64,000 nt of DNA from Candidatus Omnitrophota bacterium (GCA_044225175.1 JBGAJA010000002.1:216949-280948), one strand, 5' to 3'; shown: positions 42,001 to 57,000, counted from the first letter of the stretch. Notes: generated by a model from the letters alone, not told the origin. Numbers and translations are program-made.

Positions 42001-45000
42001 GTAGTTTTATTCTCTTCGCAGCGTCCGCAAGGCTTCAATAATCGCCCGACACCGCATAGTCAAACAGCAACTCAATCATCTAACAGTGAGTCGTACAAGG
42101 ATTGGAGGCTGTATGAAAGTAAGCCAACCCTAGAAAGTGTTAAAGAGATATTTGCATTAGCAGCCGATTTCTTAAGAAAGCACAATGACCCCAACATGAA
42201 TCTTGTAGATGAATATTTGGAGTATGTCCGGTCTGCTCGCGCAACAGATGGCATATATCTAGGTAAGATATTTGATCCGGACAAGAATGATATTCAAATT
42301 TATATTAATCCAGAAGCAGTTCAGCAGAGTTTTGTGGAAGCGCAAGATCATCAATCGGAATCCTTATTTGTTCAAAATATAGTTTCTCAAGTCGAACGTG
42401 AAGCCATAGGCCTTAGATTTTATAAAGATTTTCCTGAAGTATTGAAAATCAGCGCTCCTGTTGAAGAGGTCATGCTGCACGGAAGTGAAATTCTCCCAAA
42501 TATCGAAGCTTTACAGGAATTTTCTTATGACAATCGAGACATTATTCGAGGTGCTGTAACTCTAAAGTATGCTTTGGAATTCTTTGAACTGACCCACAAA
42601 TTAGATATGCTTGCTTGGGCAGAAAAGCAAGGCTTCTATTCTCCTGTCCAGACAGAGGAGAGTCATACATTTTATGACCATTATGTCATGAGGGACCAGA
42701 AGAAGGACTTATTTGCCCGCCAAACCAGTCAATATTTCAAAGAGGACATAGAGCTTCTATTAAGAAGGAAGAACTCTTTTGACCAAAGTAATTTTATCTT
42801 AATGGAATATGCTTTAGCCCAGCAGATGAGGTATGAAAAGACAAATGGCCAGGAAGGCTTCAATCCTCATTTAGAACAAGTATTACTAGGCAATGCAAAA
42901 GAAACAGAGCAGGATAAAAAAGATTTAAGAAAAGCCTGGGATGAAATTTATCCGGAAGTTCAAAACTTAGTAGATCAATGGAATGCAAAGATCAATCAAC
43001 CTACACCCAAACCCTCAGGTCATGGAATGTTAATGAACTTTACAGGCATGAGGTCCTGGATATTTGGATTAGGCTTGATCATTGTACTGTCTTTGTGGGT
43101 ATTTGGCACTCGGGGAGCATTGTTTAGGGAGTCAGACTTCAAGCCAATCAAAGTTTTATTAAGTGCAGCAGTTACACCAGGTTTTTTATTAATTATCTTA
43201 ACTACAACCGCTTCTTTCATTGCTTCCTTCTTAGGCTTTCAACGCGCCTATCTTGCAATTTTTATCATCCCAGGCGTAATGTATTTTTTACCTAAAATCT
43301 ATTTCTTTATGATGGGATATTATGTCCTAAAAGGTGAGGACCAAGGAGACATCAGAATTAGGTTTAGAAAACTAAATAAGGATCAATACCAACCGCAAAG
43401 CCCCAATAAGTTAGTTTCTTTAGCCATAAAAGATACCCATCTTAGAAACAGAAGCAGGATGACTGTGGTTGTTCCAAGCAGTATGGCGACGCAAGCAGAG
43501 TTGGAGACCATTCCAGAGGCCATATCTTCAGGACTAAAAGTCAAAGTTGTGCCTCATCGTCCAGGTTTATTAAAATGGAGTGTGTTTGGTTTGATAACAG
43601 CGTTCTTTTTAACTCTAGGCTCCTATATGTATTATCAAGGTCAATTATGGAGTGTGCTTCAACTGCGGATTCTGCAAGCCCAGACACAAGTTTACATGGA
43701 TGGTAGAGTTGAAGATAATTTGCGAAGACAAATCAGATACGAGTTTAAAGCCTACAGATCATTGAATTCTTCAAATAGAGAAGGGCAAGAACAAATCACA
43801 TTAATTAAGAATATATTAAGACTCAACGACGTATATTTAATTTGCAATATCTTGGCAGAGATTTCTTCTTCTGACCGTCGTCATTATCAAAAAGAACTGG
43901 AATGTTTACTGGATGATGATCGACATACGGCAAATACCTCTTTGCTTCATCTACGCATAAGAGACTTGGCTTTACAAAAAATGGCATATAACCAAACTGC
44001 AGCAGCGGTCATTATTGCTCATCTTCCAGAATGGAATGACCCTCAAAAAGATTGGCATACCCGTTTATTGGCTTTCCATATCCTATCAACGACCATGTCC
44101 GCCACGGATACTCAAACCATCGAAATTATGGCAGGTATGATTAATACAGGGTTAAAAGAAAACTATCCAGAAGGTTATATAACCCAAGGTCGAAATCTTA
44201 ATTTTAATGGCCATCCGTATCTTCCTGTGAATGAACCCTCCGTCATACTCTTAGAGGCGGTATTACATAAGAATCCGCAGCTTTTATATGATTCATCCAA
44301 TGATGTTCCTGAGGAATTAAAGGGAATCTGGAGGATTAATCGTCAGGACGATAGCTTACAGCCATACATTGTTCAATCCATATCCCGGCTTTTCGAACAT
44401 TTTCTAAAAGAAGGAAATGATCGAGCTATCAATGCTCTTGTAGATATTCTCAAAGGCCGTCAAGACCTAGTTAACGCTATGCTTGAGAACATTCAAGACC
44501 AGAAGAACCAAAGAATTATCAGAGAGAAATTTGATGCTACACAAGAAAAGGCCGCTAGGGTGGGTATGGCATTTATGTCTGCCAGTGGCGCACCTATTCT
44601 TCTAGCACAGGCCCCTTCCACCAATGCCTTCACTGCTTTTTCTTGGCTAGATATAGTTGCTGCTATAGGAGCCGTGATGTTATTGGGCCTCATCATTAAA
44701 GTCTTGTATGAAAACTATCACCTGCGGACGGTCAAAGTCGATGCATTTCAATTCAGTGCCTATATGGGTGAAAGTATAAGTGAAAGCGTGATTTTAATGA
44801 TGGTAGGGATTGTTTTATGGCTGATTAATGTGTCTCAACTATTACTGGTTTTCTTAGGCATCTTAAACAGTATTTTATTGGGTAATCTATTTCCTCTCAT
44901 TCAGGCTTATGGCGTGATATTAGGAGGTTCTTTTGTGGGACGAATCATTATTACCTGGTTCGAATACCAAATTAAACATACTACTGGAATTGATAAATTA

Positions 45001-48000
45001 TTTGCGATGTATAGAGAACAAGGGATTATTTCAGCCCAAGACAGACCGCAGGCATTTGTGTATTCAAGAAACTTTACAAAAGTCCGATTATATTTAAATA
45101 ACCCAAGCTTTCTCTTTAAAGTTTTTGCATTTCTTTCTGTCCCACCTTTATATGTAGGAACGATTAGATGTAAGAAAGAAGAACCGGCTGTTAGGTTGAT
45201 GGATCCAACAGATAAACTCAGCATGAGACGGGGAGCAAGTCCTTCTCTATTTATAGTTTTCATGGCAGGAATATTTTCTGTTGGAATGATGGGCACGATC
45301 GGAGTAATCATTATATGTTCGCTGATTCTAGCTGGGATTGGGATTTTGATAGTCAAGAGGATCAAAAGAAATGTTCTTCCCGCGCAAGGTTCCAACATCC
45401 TAGTATTTAATCCCCACGGAATCAATCCTATCGGCTTAGAGTTTACGGATTGGCTCATTAAAATCAAAAAGGATAGAAGCACAGTTAGCTTAAGCCCTGG
45501 CCATTTGGGTCTTTTTGATTTGGGCGGACTTGTTGTCCGAAGACCAGGAAGGTTTGAAAGTTTCAAAAAGATTAAGTTTATAACTCACAAATTTCTTCCC
45601 AAGCCTCAACTCCAGGGGTTGACAGGAAAGATGACAAGTAAGCCTGAGGAAATCGTCTATTTTTCAAGTTTGACAGGAGAAGAGCAAGAAGAGAGAGCCA
45701 TTGATATATTTGCGGATATTGCCAATATTGCTTATCTAGCTGACATTGCCAAGAGATTTGGGATTAAGAAATTCTATTATTATGTTCCTGTCATCAAACA
45801 ATCAACATTGTTGACAAGGCAAGTGATAGCTTTAGCTGCCGGTATTATTAAACATGATCGTTCTGTCCATATTGTTGAATTTAATCGTCTAGAAAAGTCC
45901 TTGGCGTCCCAAGGCTATCATCTTAAGCCAGTCACCAAAAAAAGGTATCCTGCCGATATAAAACATGATTCTGAAAAGGAACGTGTATTTGATTTCTTGG
46001 CAAGGATATCTACGATCGGATTAGATGAGCGCTTAGTCCAGCGTATCACTAAGGCACTTTTGGATGCAAAGATTAAAGAAGACTTTGGCTCAAGACATGC
46101 TCTTAATAAAGATAAGATCAAATGGTTTTCCCTTGAAAGCTATTTACCTGTCTTTGCTTTTTTAAAGAAGGCAGACCAAAACCTCCTTGATCTTCTTTTC
46201 AAACGCTGGATGCAATTCCATCAAAGTCATGGCAACCTCTTTGCAGAAACATCCCGTGGGTTCGATCTGCATAATATTCTAGATAAATCTGTGTTTAGCT
46301 GGATCAGTAAAGACCCTCCAGCAAACTCTTTTGTCTATCTTTATAAAGGGATCGACAGTGCAAGCAGGTATCAAATCCGTCCTCTCAGAGAACAGTCTCC
46401 TGTAAGTATGGATGATATGAAGTTTGTTGATGAAAGGGCAAAAGTAAAGAAAGCCATGGCCTTGATTGAACGAAGGATTAGGACAAAGATGAGGGAAGTC
46501 AATCGAATTGAAGGAGACAATGAAAGGCAAAGTAGGTTAAGAAGATACTATGGTGCCCATCATTTAATCTTGGATCAATTGACGATTATTGGAATTGATA
46601 GTCCTTTGCCATTGGTCTTTTGTGACATGGACCGTATGGTGGCCCGCATCATTCACTTAGGCCGTCATCGTTTAGTCACATATTTTCCTCTTAAGTTTAT
46701 TCAAAACAGCTCTATTGAAGAACTAGCAGACATGATTTATTACAGCATTGATTGGTTGACCACATTTCATAGACATAGACAAGATCAGCATTTCTTTGAA
46801 CAAACAGGAATAAAACCATCCGGTCATATGGATCCTATTATTTGGGACCCAGAACCCATTGCTGACATTAGATTACAGGAAATACTAAGTAAGCGAGGGG
46901 AAGTTTTTTATGGTCCTAAGAAAAGCAATCGATTTGGTGTTTCTTTTGAGCACCTCCAGGCTAAGATCTATAGCTTAATGGAAGACCATTTGAAGCAAAG
47001 ATACACATTGTTGCGCCGCCTCGTGGAACAATATAAGGAATCTCAAAATGGCATGCAGAGATATTTCCTTGAATTCGCTCAAGAAGGTCTATTCAGCGAT
47101 CAATTCCAGAATAGATCCAAATCAATCGCTACTCAAAATCGAGATGTTGCCAATGCTCTTTTAGGGCTAGGATATGTGACAACCGCAGATCGTTTGTACA
47201 CCAATGCACTGGCCATTGATAATTATTTAGTGATGGGAGCTAATGGTATCCAACCCACCGATACGCTTATCAGACATTTGTTTCACTTTTTGTATCACGG
47301 ACAATGGCAGAAATGTCTCAATACGTTTGAAACGTTATATTGGGGAAAGAATTATCTTGTCCGTTTTAATGGGCAGATTGTGAAAATCAACCTTCGCTGT
47401 CCTCCCACAAGTATTAATGGAGTACCCGTGGATGAAAAAATGAGGGAAGACTGGTATGCGCAGCTGGGGTATTCGATCTTTAGTAATAGAGATATTTTGG
47501 ATACTTTCTTAAGAAAGGCATATGACGTTTTAGACACATTTGGTTATATTTACTCGGATGATCCAAAACAATTGAAATTGATGGATGATTTTAAAATACA
47601 GTTACTCGAAAGTATTAAGCGTTGGATGTTATTAGCGCAAAGAGGGGAACTGGTGGGTGATAAACCTACAGAATCCGATCCTAATGTCACTATCATGCCC
47701 CCCCCTGTTGTTAAAAGATTACACGATCTTAAGAATGGTAAATCAAAAAAGGTATCCCATAGAAGAGGTCATGTATTGACCCCATGGTTGATGGGAAGTT
47801 TAATTGCTGCATTGGTTTTAGTGATTGTCCGTGCCGTTGTTCAAAAACGACGTTTATTAAACCATTTGAATCTTGCTCGTAATGAAGCTCTCCTGCGTGA
47901 ACAATTAGTTTTCAAATTACGCTCTCAAATCAGCCAAGAAGAAGCCTTCAAGTTAGGACCTATCTTAAAATCCTGGAATTTCTGGGATGATCCATCACCT

Positions 48001-51000
48001 TTAGAACACCATGTGTATTGGTGGAACTACTCTATGCGAGACGCTGTACTAGTGTTTTTACATGGAGATCTAGTTGGAGCATATTCTTTTAGATATGACA
48101 CAGCGGATTCCCCTGAAGATGCGTATGGGGAAGGTATTTTTGTGGTGGATTATTTAAGAGAGATGGGCATAGGGCGAATGCTAAGATGGCATCTTTTAAA
48201 TTATTTGAAAGAAAATAGCATTAAATATTTCAATATCCGAAGACCAAGACAAACTTTGGAAGCACAAGGTTTTCACTCCGCTTTAATTAAAGAATTAAAC
48301 TCTCATGAACGAGGTGTTAATTATGATGCGGACGCCCAGCCTCAGGAAATCAAAGTCCTTTTAGAACAATATGCTTTAAGGGATGTGTCGACTATACAAC
48401 CATATTTCCCTCCACGAAAACAATATAAAGATAACCCCATGGAACGTGTAATTCTCAGCACTCCGTCGTTTTATCATGAAGCCGTGGCCAGAGAATTTGC
48501 CCAAAGCCGTCGTTATCCAGCTTGGATTGCCAGTGCTGCAGTTTGCAACCATCCTTATATTTACCTGCCCTTGGTCCAAAAGATGTATGAGCGATTGGGA
48601 AATTTACGAGGTCGGACAGTGGCTGAGCTTGGCTGTGGTTCCGCCGTGGGAGTTGAAATCTTTAGAAGGATTGCGGATGCCTATGTGGTTGGGTTTGACT
48701 CTTATGAACCCTTTGTCAATTTTGCTCAATCCCATGGTTTGCCCGTCGTCCATAGTGACTTGATCTCTATGCCCGCGGATTCCGAAGAAAAATTTGAAGT
48801 AACATTCTCAGCTCGTCTTTTGGATGTGTTGTGTGTTTTTATCGATGGTGAACCAATAGAACTATTGCATCCACAGAAATTACGAACGCTTAAAACGATT
48901 GAGCGCATGACCAAAGGAAATGGACTCAGCATCCATCAAACCGAATACCCGATTCCTTTTAGCGATTCTGAAATAGAATCTACAGGTTTTCGCATCGAAG
49001 AAATCAATGAAGAACGAACATTAATGGTCCTTTACAAGCCTCTTGTTTCTACACACTGCATATTTATTTGTTCTTGTGGGATGTTAGTGTTAGCTGGAAT
49101 CACCCAAGATACTTGGCTGGCCAAGATTTCTCTTCTAGTCATGGTCGTGGGAGGGTTATTCGCCTATGTATTTTCAGCCCCCTCATCTTTCCAAACACCT
49201 ACTTCTGTTCAAGATTCAACAGAGCAGTTAATCAATGATTTAAATGGATTTAATGCAGAAAACTATTGGCAGCAAGCCAAAGATCTCCTCCAGCGACAAG
49301 AAATTTCATCAGAGACGAATAAAATACAAAAAATATATAAATCTATTCTAAGAGTCATGGTCATCATGGGAGTGGGTATTGGATTTGCTTTTTTATACGG
49401 AGGAATAATGATTTTTGTTGGTCCAATACCTGCACATAAGACAGCCTATATTCTTTTTACTCTTCTTTATGCGGCATTGATGGTTGTCCTTATTTCTAGG
49501 TTCTATATATGGATGGACATATGGGAATCCAGCATATCTCGATACCCTAATAATAAATTAAAAGCAATTCAAGAGCATAATCTTATCGTGATTAGAGAGT
49601 TGCAAGGTCGATTTGAAATAATCAGTACATTTTTGGATAATCCAAAAAACAGAGAGGTTTTAGAAGCCTTTAGGCTTTTATTGCAACGTGTAAATTTGAT
49701 CATTCGGCAGGATAAAGAATATGGAACTGCAACGATTTCAGAATACATAAGAAACATGCTGTCACAAGTAGAGGCTTTAGAAATAGTAATCCAAACTAAA
49801 CGTGCATGTGGCAAGGGAAATGATCGAAAGAGCGGGGTAGACCCTCAACCTTCGGAGTTTGTCAAACAGATGCATCAAGCATTAAATTCAATAGGCGCCA
49901 CAGTCCAGCTTAGTGATTTGAATGAAAGTCCTGAGGTCATTAGTTTTGTTGGAAGGCTTTTGTTGGACTACTTGGCAAATCTTTCAAAATACAGCGCTCT
50001 ACCCCCTGATTTAGTAAAATATGGCACGCTGCGTACAGTTTTGACTACACTTTTTAATCATTCCTCTGACTACCCAGATTTTCAGGATCTTCTCAAAGAA
50101 TTAAAGCAGTTAATCGATTCTCATTTAAAATCCATCAGCTTTTTAAACCTTTTTGGGTTACCTAGAGAAGAATTACTCAGAATCGTAAAATTGAGTATTT
50201 CTACCCATGAGCTTCGAAAAGAACTAGGGGTCCAGGATATGGAGGAAACAAAGCTTTGGCAAATGTTTGCTGGGATTATTCAAGAAATTCTAAGAGATAC
50301 CTTTCCAGTGCTGTATGTCACCAATAAGCAATTAAAAGATTTGTTACTTCAGATACAGGAGAACAAACCTCTAGAGCAACCGGTTGCCTTTGACACCCGC
50401 CTAGAGAATTTGCTGAAAGATCGCTTGAGTCCTTTGACTATCTTGAATACAAGTTTCCTAAGGACCATTCGTGAAACACTAGTCCAATATGGTTATCTTC
50501 CTGAGCCATATGGCGTGGTAAATATGCTTAGAACGAACTGTTTTTATAAGCTTCCACAATTGGGGAATAGTAATCAGCAAAAATTGTTACGGTCATTAGA
50601 AGGAAAAGGATTTGGAAAGATACGTATTTCATTCAAATTTCAAAATCAACCGGTTAATAACATTGGTCTTCTTTGGGAGAAATTAGAAAACATACAAAAC
50701 ATTTGGCTCGTTTGGGTGGGCCAAGATGAACAAGGGGACATTTATCATGCCCCAAGTGCGGAGGAATTAAATGAGATTCCTACCGATAGACTGATTTTAT
50801 TAAAAGATGTACCCAATAAAGAAAAAGCATGGGTAGGTGCAAAATCAGAGGAAAAACCATTATTACCTCCTCAAGGCAGAGCAGTAGCAGTGTCCGAGGA
50901 CGTTGTCAAAATCGGCTTTGAAATGGAAGTTCCTGAGCGATTAAAGAAGGTTTGGGAAGCTATTCGAGATCTCTTGGTCCAAAACCCTAGACGAGATATT

Positions 51001-54000
51001 ACAGTGCAATTGATTTCCCAGAGAATGACAGAGTTGGGAGAGTCAATGACTGAAGAAGCCCTTCAACTGTGGCTGCATCAATCGAAGGGAGCTCCAGCCG
51101 TAGCCCAAGTTGTTTCACTCATTAATTCCATCAAAGACAAAGAAGGACGTTTAAGACTCTTTATTGCTCTCAACGAAGAGTTTCTGCAATTATCGGATTC
51201 ACACATCACAAGTCTTTTGGCTGATAGTGAGGATGCAACCCTATCAATGGACAGTCTGCGTAAGCAAATAAAGGCCAAGCTTTCAAATCACCCTATTACT
51301 TCGGAAGACAAGAAGTTAGCAAAGATATTTCTGAGATTGAGCTGGGCGGCCAGATTGGAATTTATGGGGCATAACAATAACGGAGCTGTATCAGGTATAT
51401 CTGCAACTAAAGATCCCTTGGCGCTTCTTCGCAGTGAAGTAGAAGTCTTACAAAGCAGTGGATTAAATGATTCTGGAAGACTAATGAATGTCCTCCATAG
51501 GCTTATTTCTTTGGTTGGCGAGAATAGTGTCATCGACATGATTGGAACGGTAGCGGAATTATTAATCAAAGAATATGAAGAACATGATTTTGACAGCTTA
51601 ATTGATGTTTTAAGGAAGGCCCATGGAAAAACTGCGGGTAAAATCATTGCTTTGATTCTCCTGAGAGGGACAGCTTTGAATCAAATACGCATGATAGACA
51701 CCCTTAAAGAATCGAACTCTCAAATTAATGGCTTGGTCTTTTTGGTAGGGAAATTAAGAGAATTACAGAGTTATATTGAGCTTAAGTCATCTAAGTTTAT
51801 TGTAAAGAATGAGGGACATGCAGATTGTACAAGACCGGGGGTATATAAATTTGGACAAACAACTGCTCAACAGGCAGAAAGCCTTTTTGGTAGAGCTCAT
51901 CGTGCGGCAGAGATAGGTCATAAGGAAAACATTGCAGAAGCTAAGAGTATTGAAGATGCTTTGATTAATCGAGGTCTTGAAGATATTAAGAAGATATTGA
52001 AATATGTTCAGGTCATTTTAGAGACAATCGTTGATCAAGAAGCAAGGGTAACACAGACATCTTTAGTTTTGGAGTCATATATTGGATTTGCTGTTTTGTT
52101 TCAGAAATTAGAACGTCCCCTTCAAGAAATCAATGATATTTTGAAAATTGCCTTTGAACTTATTAACCATTCGCATCACAGCTTGTATCAATCAAGTGCA
52201 AACCCCATTTTTAACCAACATACGGATCTTGCAAGCAAGGCTTTTGAAGATGATGGACCTTTAGCAAAAGAGATAGTCATTCGTTGTTATTTGCTAACGC
52301 AAAAATATACATTCTTGCCTGTGGAACAAAAGATATTGGGAAGTTTATTGATTAAGGCCGGATTGACCCAGGAAGCTTTACAGTTAATGGCAGTTATATC
52401 TCCAACACCGCAGCCTGAAGACCCAAGATCTATTATTAGAAGAAAAATAGGAAAACTTAAGAGTGCCTTGGAAGAAATAGATTTAAGAAATTTCTCTACC
52501 CCAGACACGTTTGATGCGCATGTTCATTCCTTAGTTCAAAAATTATTGTCAGATGTTCATTGGAACCCGGGGTTTGATGAGGCTAAAGAATTTTCTACTT
52601 GGCTAGAGGAATTTCAGCGCCAAGGACGGGAACTAATTAGAAAGCGCAATGACCACCATAAGACCGGAAAAATCCAAGAATTAATCAGAAGTGGCCAAGA
52701 AAGAATAGATAGGGCTTCCAGAAGAACTCAGAACATGGATGAGTTTATCACAATCGTGGATGCTATCAGGGCAGAGTTCGTTTCAGACCTAGAACGCACT
52801 GAGATCCAAGAATTTCTACAAAAGATCCCAACTATTAAAGTCGATAAAGCTATCACAGAAAGCCGAAGAAGAATCCAAGAAATTCGTCCTGGAAGATTTA
52901 AGAGTCCGGTTGAATTTGAACAAGCAGTTAGAGGAAGAGTTTTACCTTTTGTTGGTGCTAATTTGGAACATCCTCATGTCATTATATTTACTGGGGAAGT
53001 TGAGCAATACATCATTCAAGGAAAAGATAGGATCACAACTCATCAAGAGACGGCAAAGCGTTTACATTTAGAAGGACAAATTAGAGCTTCTTCTCAAAGG
53101 GCTAGAAATATTAATCCTAAGAATTTTGAATTTATAGCACAGTATGAAAGAAAAATGATTTATGTCATATCGTCGCGGGTCCGAGAAGAATCTCAGATTA
53201 AAGAATTAATTCAAAAGCTTTTAGAACAAGCGAGACCCCATTTCGAAGAGATCTATCGGGCTAAACAACAGAAACAAATTAGAAATACTCATGTTTTGCA
53301 AGAAACCAGCCGGCGTCTGTTAAATGCTGCCCGGGAGAATATAATTCGGGCCAGAGAAAGACTGGAATCTTTGGCCCAGAAACTGGAAGAAAGAAAAAGT
53401 CATCAAGAGAAAGTGTCTTTGGCATTTCAACGCCTGCATGAGAATGCTTCAAAGATTATCGAGAATAAATTGATGAATACTATGGAGTCGATGGATGTGC
53501 TTAAGGCCGCTATGGAAGAAGGTATTTCTGAGGAAGTCCGTATACTTCCCGCATTTGCAGATGTATCCAACCAAAAAATGCAAGAGATCAAAGACAAAGT
53601 TGTCTCAGACACATTGATTGTCATTGCAAATTTTGATCCTAGAAGATATATCAACACAGATGATTATCAAAAGGCCTTAGAAGCAAATGTTCCAAAGATT
53701 GTTTGGGACGTTCCTCATTTGTACGCAGCATGGGAAGAAAAATTAGAAAATGGAGCACGGTTAATTGAACAAAACACCAAAGGAACCATAGAAAGTGTTT
53801 TAAGATTTGTATGGAAAGATTTAATTAGTGGAAATTTCAGAGGTGAACCAAGGAGCTTTATAGAAAACAAACTTCAATTATTAATGTGGCATCCAGATAC
53901 TCAAAGACTAATCGGGGAGACTTTAGAGAGCTATTACACACGTCAAGGGCAGCAAACTCAGCCTAATTCCCAAGCTCCACCTTTTGAACAAATTGAAGAA

Positions 54001-57000
54001 ATATCTGTAACTTCACCTGCTGAACAACTACCTCAAGAGACCAGCCGAGATCCAGATCAATCGATAGATGAAGCTATCATCTGTGACAAAATTAAAGAGA
54101 TGGAATCGCTAAGAAAAATTGCTAAAAACCATCGAGATATTGAATTTATTAAAGGAATGTTACGAGATCTTACAGCACAGACCAGTTCAATGTCTCTTTC
54201 TAAGAAAACAAGAAAGCTCATTCATATGCTTCGAAAAAAAATTGATTCAGCTCGAGGGATTCCTGGTCAACAACATCCAAGTAGGAATGATGTGGATTAT
54301 GAGATATGGCGCATTGACACTGAAATCCCCGCCAGCGTAAGCATCATTAGGTTAGATGCACAAGATAAGTTTGCCCAAGGGGCAATTAAGGCGATTGCAT
54401 GGCTTAGGACTAATGGATTTATCGCGATGGCAGAAGTATTGGAACAGATATTGAAAGAAAATAATGTGGAGCGAGGCCCCTATAAAGGTTTCTTAGCAAC
54501 GACCCATTCTGTAGAAGCTCCTCGAGGCAATAGAGAGCTTTTCATCATGAAAATAAAATTATCAGATGCAGAAGAATATGCTCAATACTTAACTGTGGAT
54601 GAAATCGCCGCGAGTTTGATTCATGAAGTAGGTGCCCTTCCTCAGTTTGGTTTCTCGGATAGAGTCAATACCCAACGCCATCAAGATTTCTTAATGGAAA
54701 TTCGTCAAGGACGCTCTTTTTCTCTTTCACGAGCTTCAAGGAAAGAAGAATTACTCAAGAGCCTGCACTTCTTGTGGAGATATGTGGTTGCAGATAATGA
54801 AGCAGCGATCCAAAATGTTTTAAGTCAATGGAAAGAAAAGGGCTACAAAGTTGGGACATTCTGGCTGACAGGACGTGATGCAACGATGAACAAAGGCCAT
54901 GAAGGGACATTCTTTGCACATCCTAATAAGATCCTTCATGATTTAATCGTTTCAACATTGGATGCCCATTATGATCCAGCTCAAAAACCTTTAGCTCATT
55001 TTGCGCTTGCCATTGATGAGGTATTACGACGACCCAGAAATGTAAAATCCAGTTTTGCCTTGTGTGTTCTTGTGTTCGATGATCATGATGTGATCGTAGC
55101 TGTGATTGACAGTGAACAAGGCCTTAATATTAGCGATGAAATACAAAAAGAACGATCCAATGATGTTATTCAAAGTGCAGGACTAGGTATGGAACGGTTT
55201 TTAGAGCCCCATAGTAATAACGTGACAACGAGAATATCTTCTCAACTTCAAGTCTGGAAATCAGATCAAAATCGAACCTTCAACCGTTCTCAACAACAGC
55301 ACAATTTAATCTCTCAAGGTGTGTTATGGGACATGCAGCTTCTTTATGATTCTTTAATATTAAAAGTTGCTCTTACGCCACTGATCTTAGGATTTGGTAT
55401 TGCATGGATTGGTTTTGTTAAACTCATAAGCCTTAAGAGTCTTCTTATATCCATAGGTGGCGCTCTTTTTGTCCGTGCCGGAGGTGGAGTAGAACACCTG
55501 CATTTGTCTGCATCACTTCCTTCTATATTTACAATCGTTGTAATTGCTTTTGCTGCTTTTATGCTCATGGTCCTACCAGGCGACCAAGCCCCCGGGGCAA
55601 AACTTAAAAACAAACAAAACACTTTAAACAACCTCTTTGCAAAATCGAAACGTGATCTTGAGGCAATTTCAATGGATGATCCAAAGGAATTGATCAAAGA
55701 CCAGAATTGCTTAAAGATATTCCAAGAATTCATAGAAAAGATCCGATGGTCTTATTTATTGAGCTTAGCAAGAAAACCAGAAAACAAGGCCGCCCACTTT
55801 GAAGTCAACCAATACATGGCAGAATTAGTTTTAGAGATGCGAAAGGCTTTGATTAGTAGGTATCAAGAAGTGTTAAATAATTTAGATACTCAAAATTCAC
55901 TAGATAAAGAAGCTAGAAGGTCGATAGCCAGTGCCCTCGAATTGCAGATAAGAAAGCAAATGCATTTGATTGTGCCTGAACACATCGAGATTGCCGTTGC
56001 AGGAGATGAGGTGTTCTTCTTTTATAAAAAGATCATGGTTCGAGTATATTCAAAAGAGAAAGAACATCATCAAGAGCTGATTGAGCTTTTATTTGAGAAT
56101 AACAAGATTGAGTCTATTGCTGATGCAACGGATGCGATCAATGGGTATCAAATAAAAGTTTATGACATAGACCTTCAAATTAAAGTTGGGCTGCAATTAT
56201 TCTTAAAAACAAAGCTAGAAAGTTTCGAACAACAGATTTTAGATCAGTTGGAAAAATCTCAAAGTGAACCTAGGACAGAATCACCAGATCGGCATGATTT
56301 TGCTATCCAGGGATTTGCCTCGCTGCTTTTGACCAATCAAAATCTCAGAGTATTCTTTAAGAAAGCCTTAGGCAAATATTTTAAGCCATTGTTCCAGTGC
56401 ACCTTAAACATGAAAAGTATTTCACCTGAATTAAGAAAGAAAGCCTTAGCTGCAATTGGTGCTTATTTTCTTTTAAAGCCAGAGCAAGTACGACTTTCAG
56501 ATATGGATTCTGCAGAACATCTAGTATTTGATGGCTTTGCAGGGCAGGATGTTCCAGGACGATGGCAAGCCATGCCAGGACATGAAAAGGATAAATTGCC
56601 TGTTATCATCGTGATTACCCCTCAGATACCTGAAGGATTAACACAAACTATCCAAAGACATTTTAAGACCCATATTTTATATCTGAACATCACAGCAGTG
56701 ACTACCCAAGGAGTTGAATACAATAGCCTGGGGCACATAGAAAGTACTAATCTTCAATATGTGTTTAATCAATTAAAGCAACGTTTAGATGTTTTAAAAG
56801 ATGACAATGTTGTTATTGCTTCTGGACAATCAGCGGCATCTGCTCTTTTATGCATAAGAAAGGCATGGGACATTCTTCCTATGGCAATGAGATACAATGA
56901 TAGTTCGCTTATCTTGGATAATTTTATTGATGACTATCATACGTATCTAAGAAGAAAATTAAGAGAACTTGATGGGCTCATAGATGAAGAAACTGCAACG

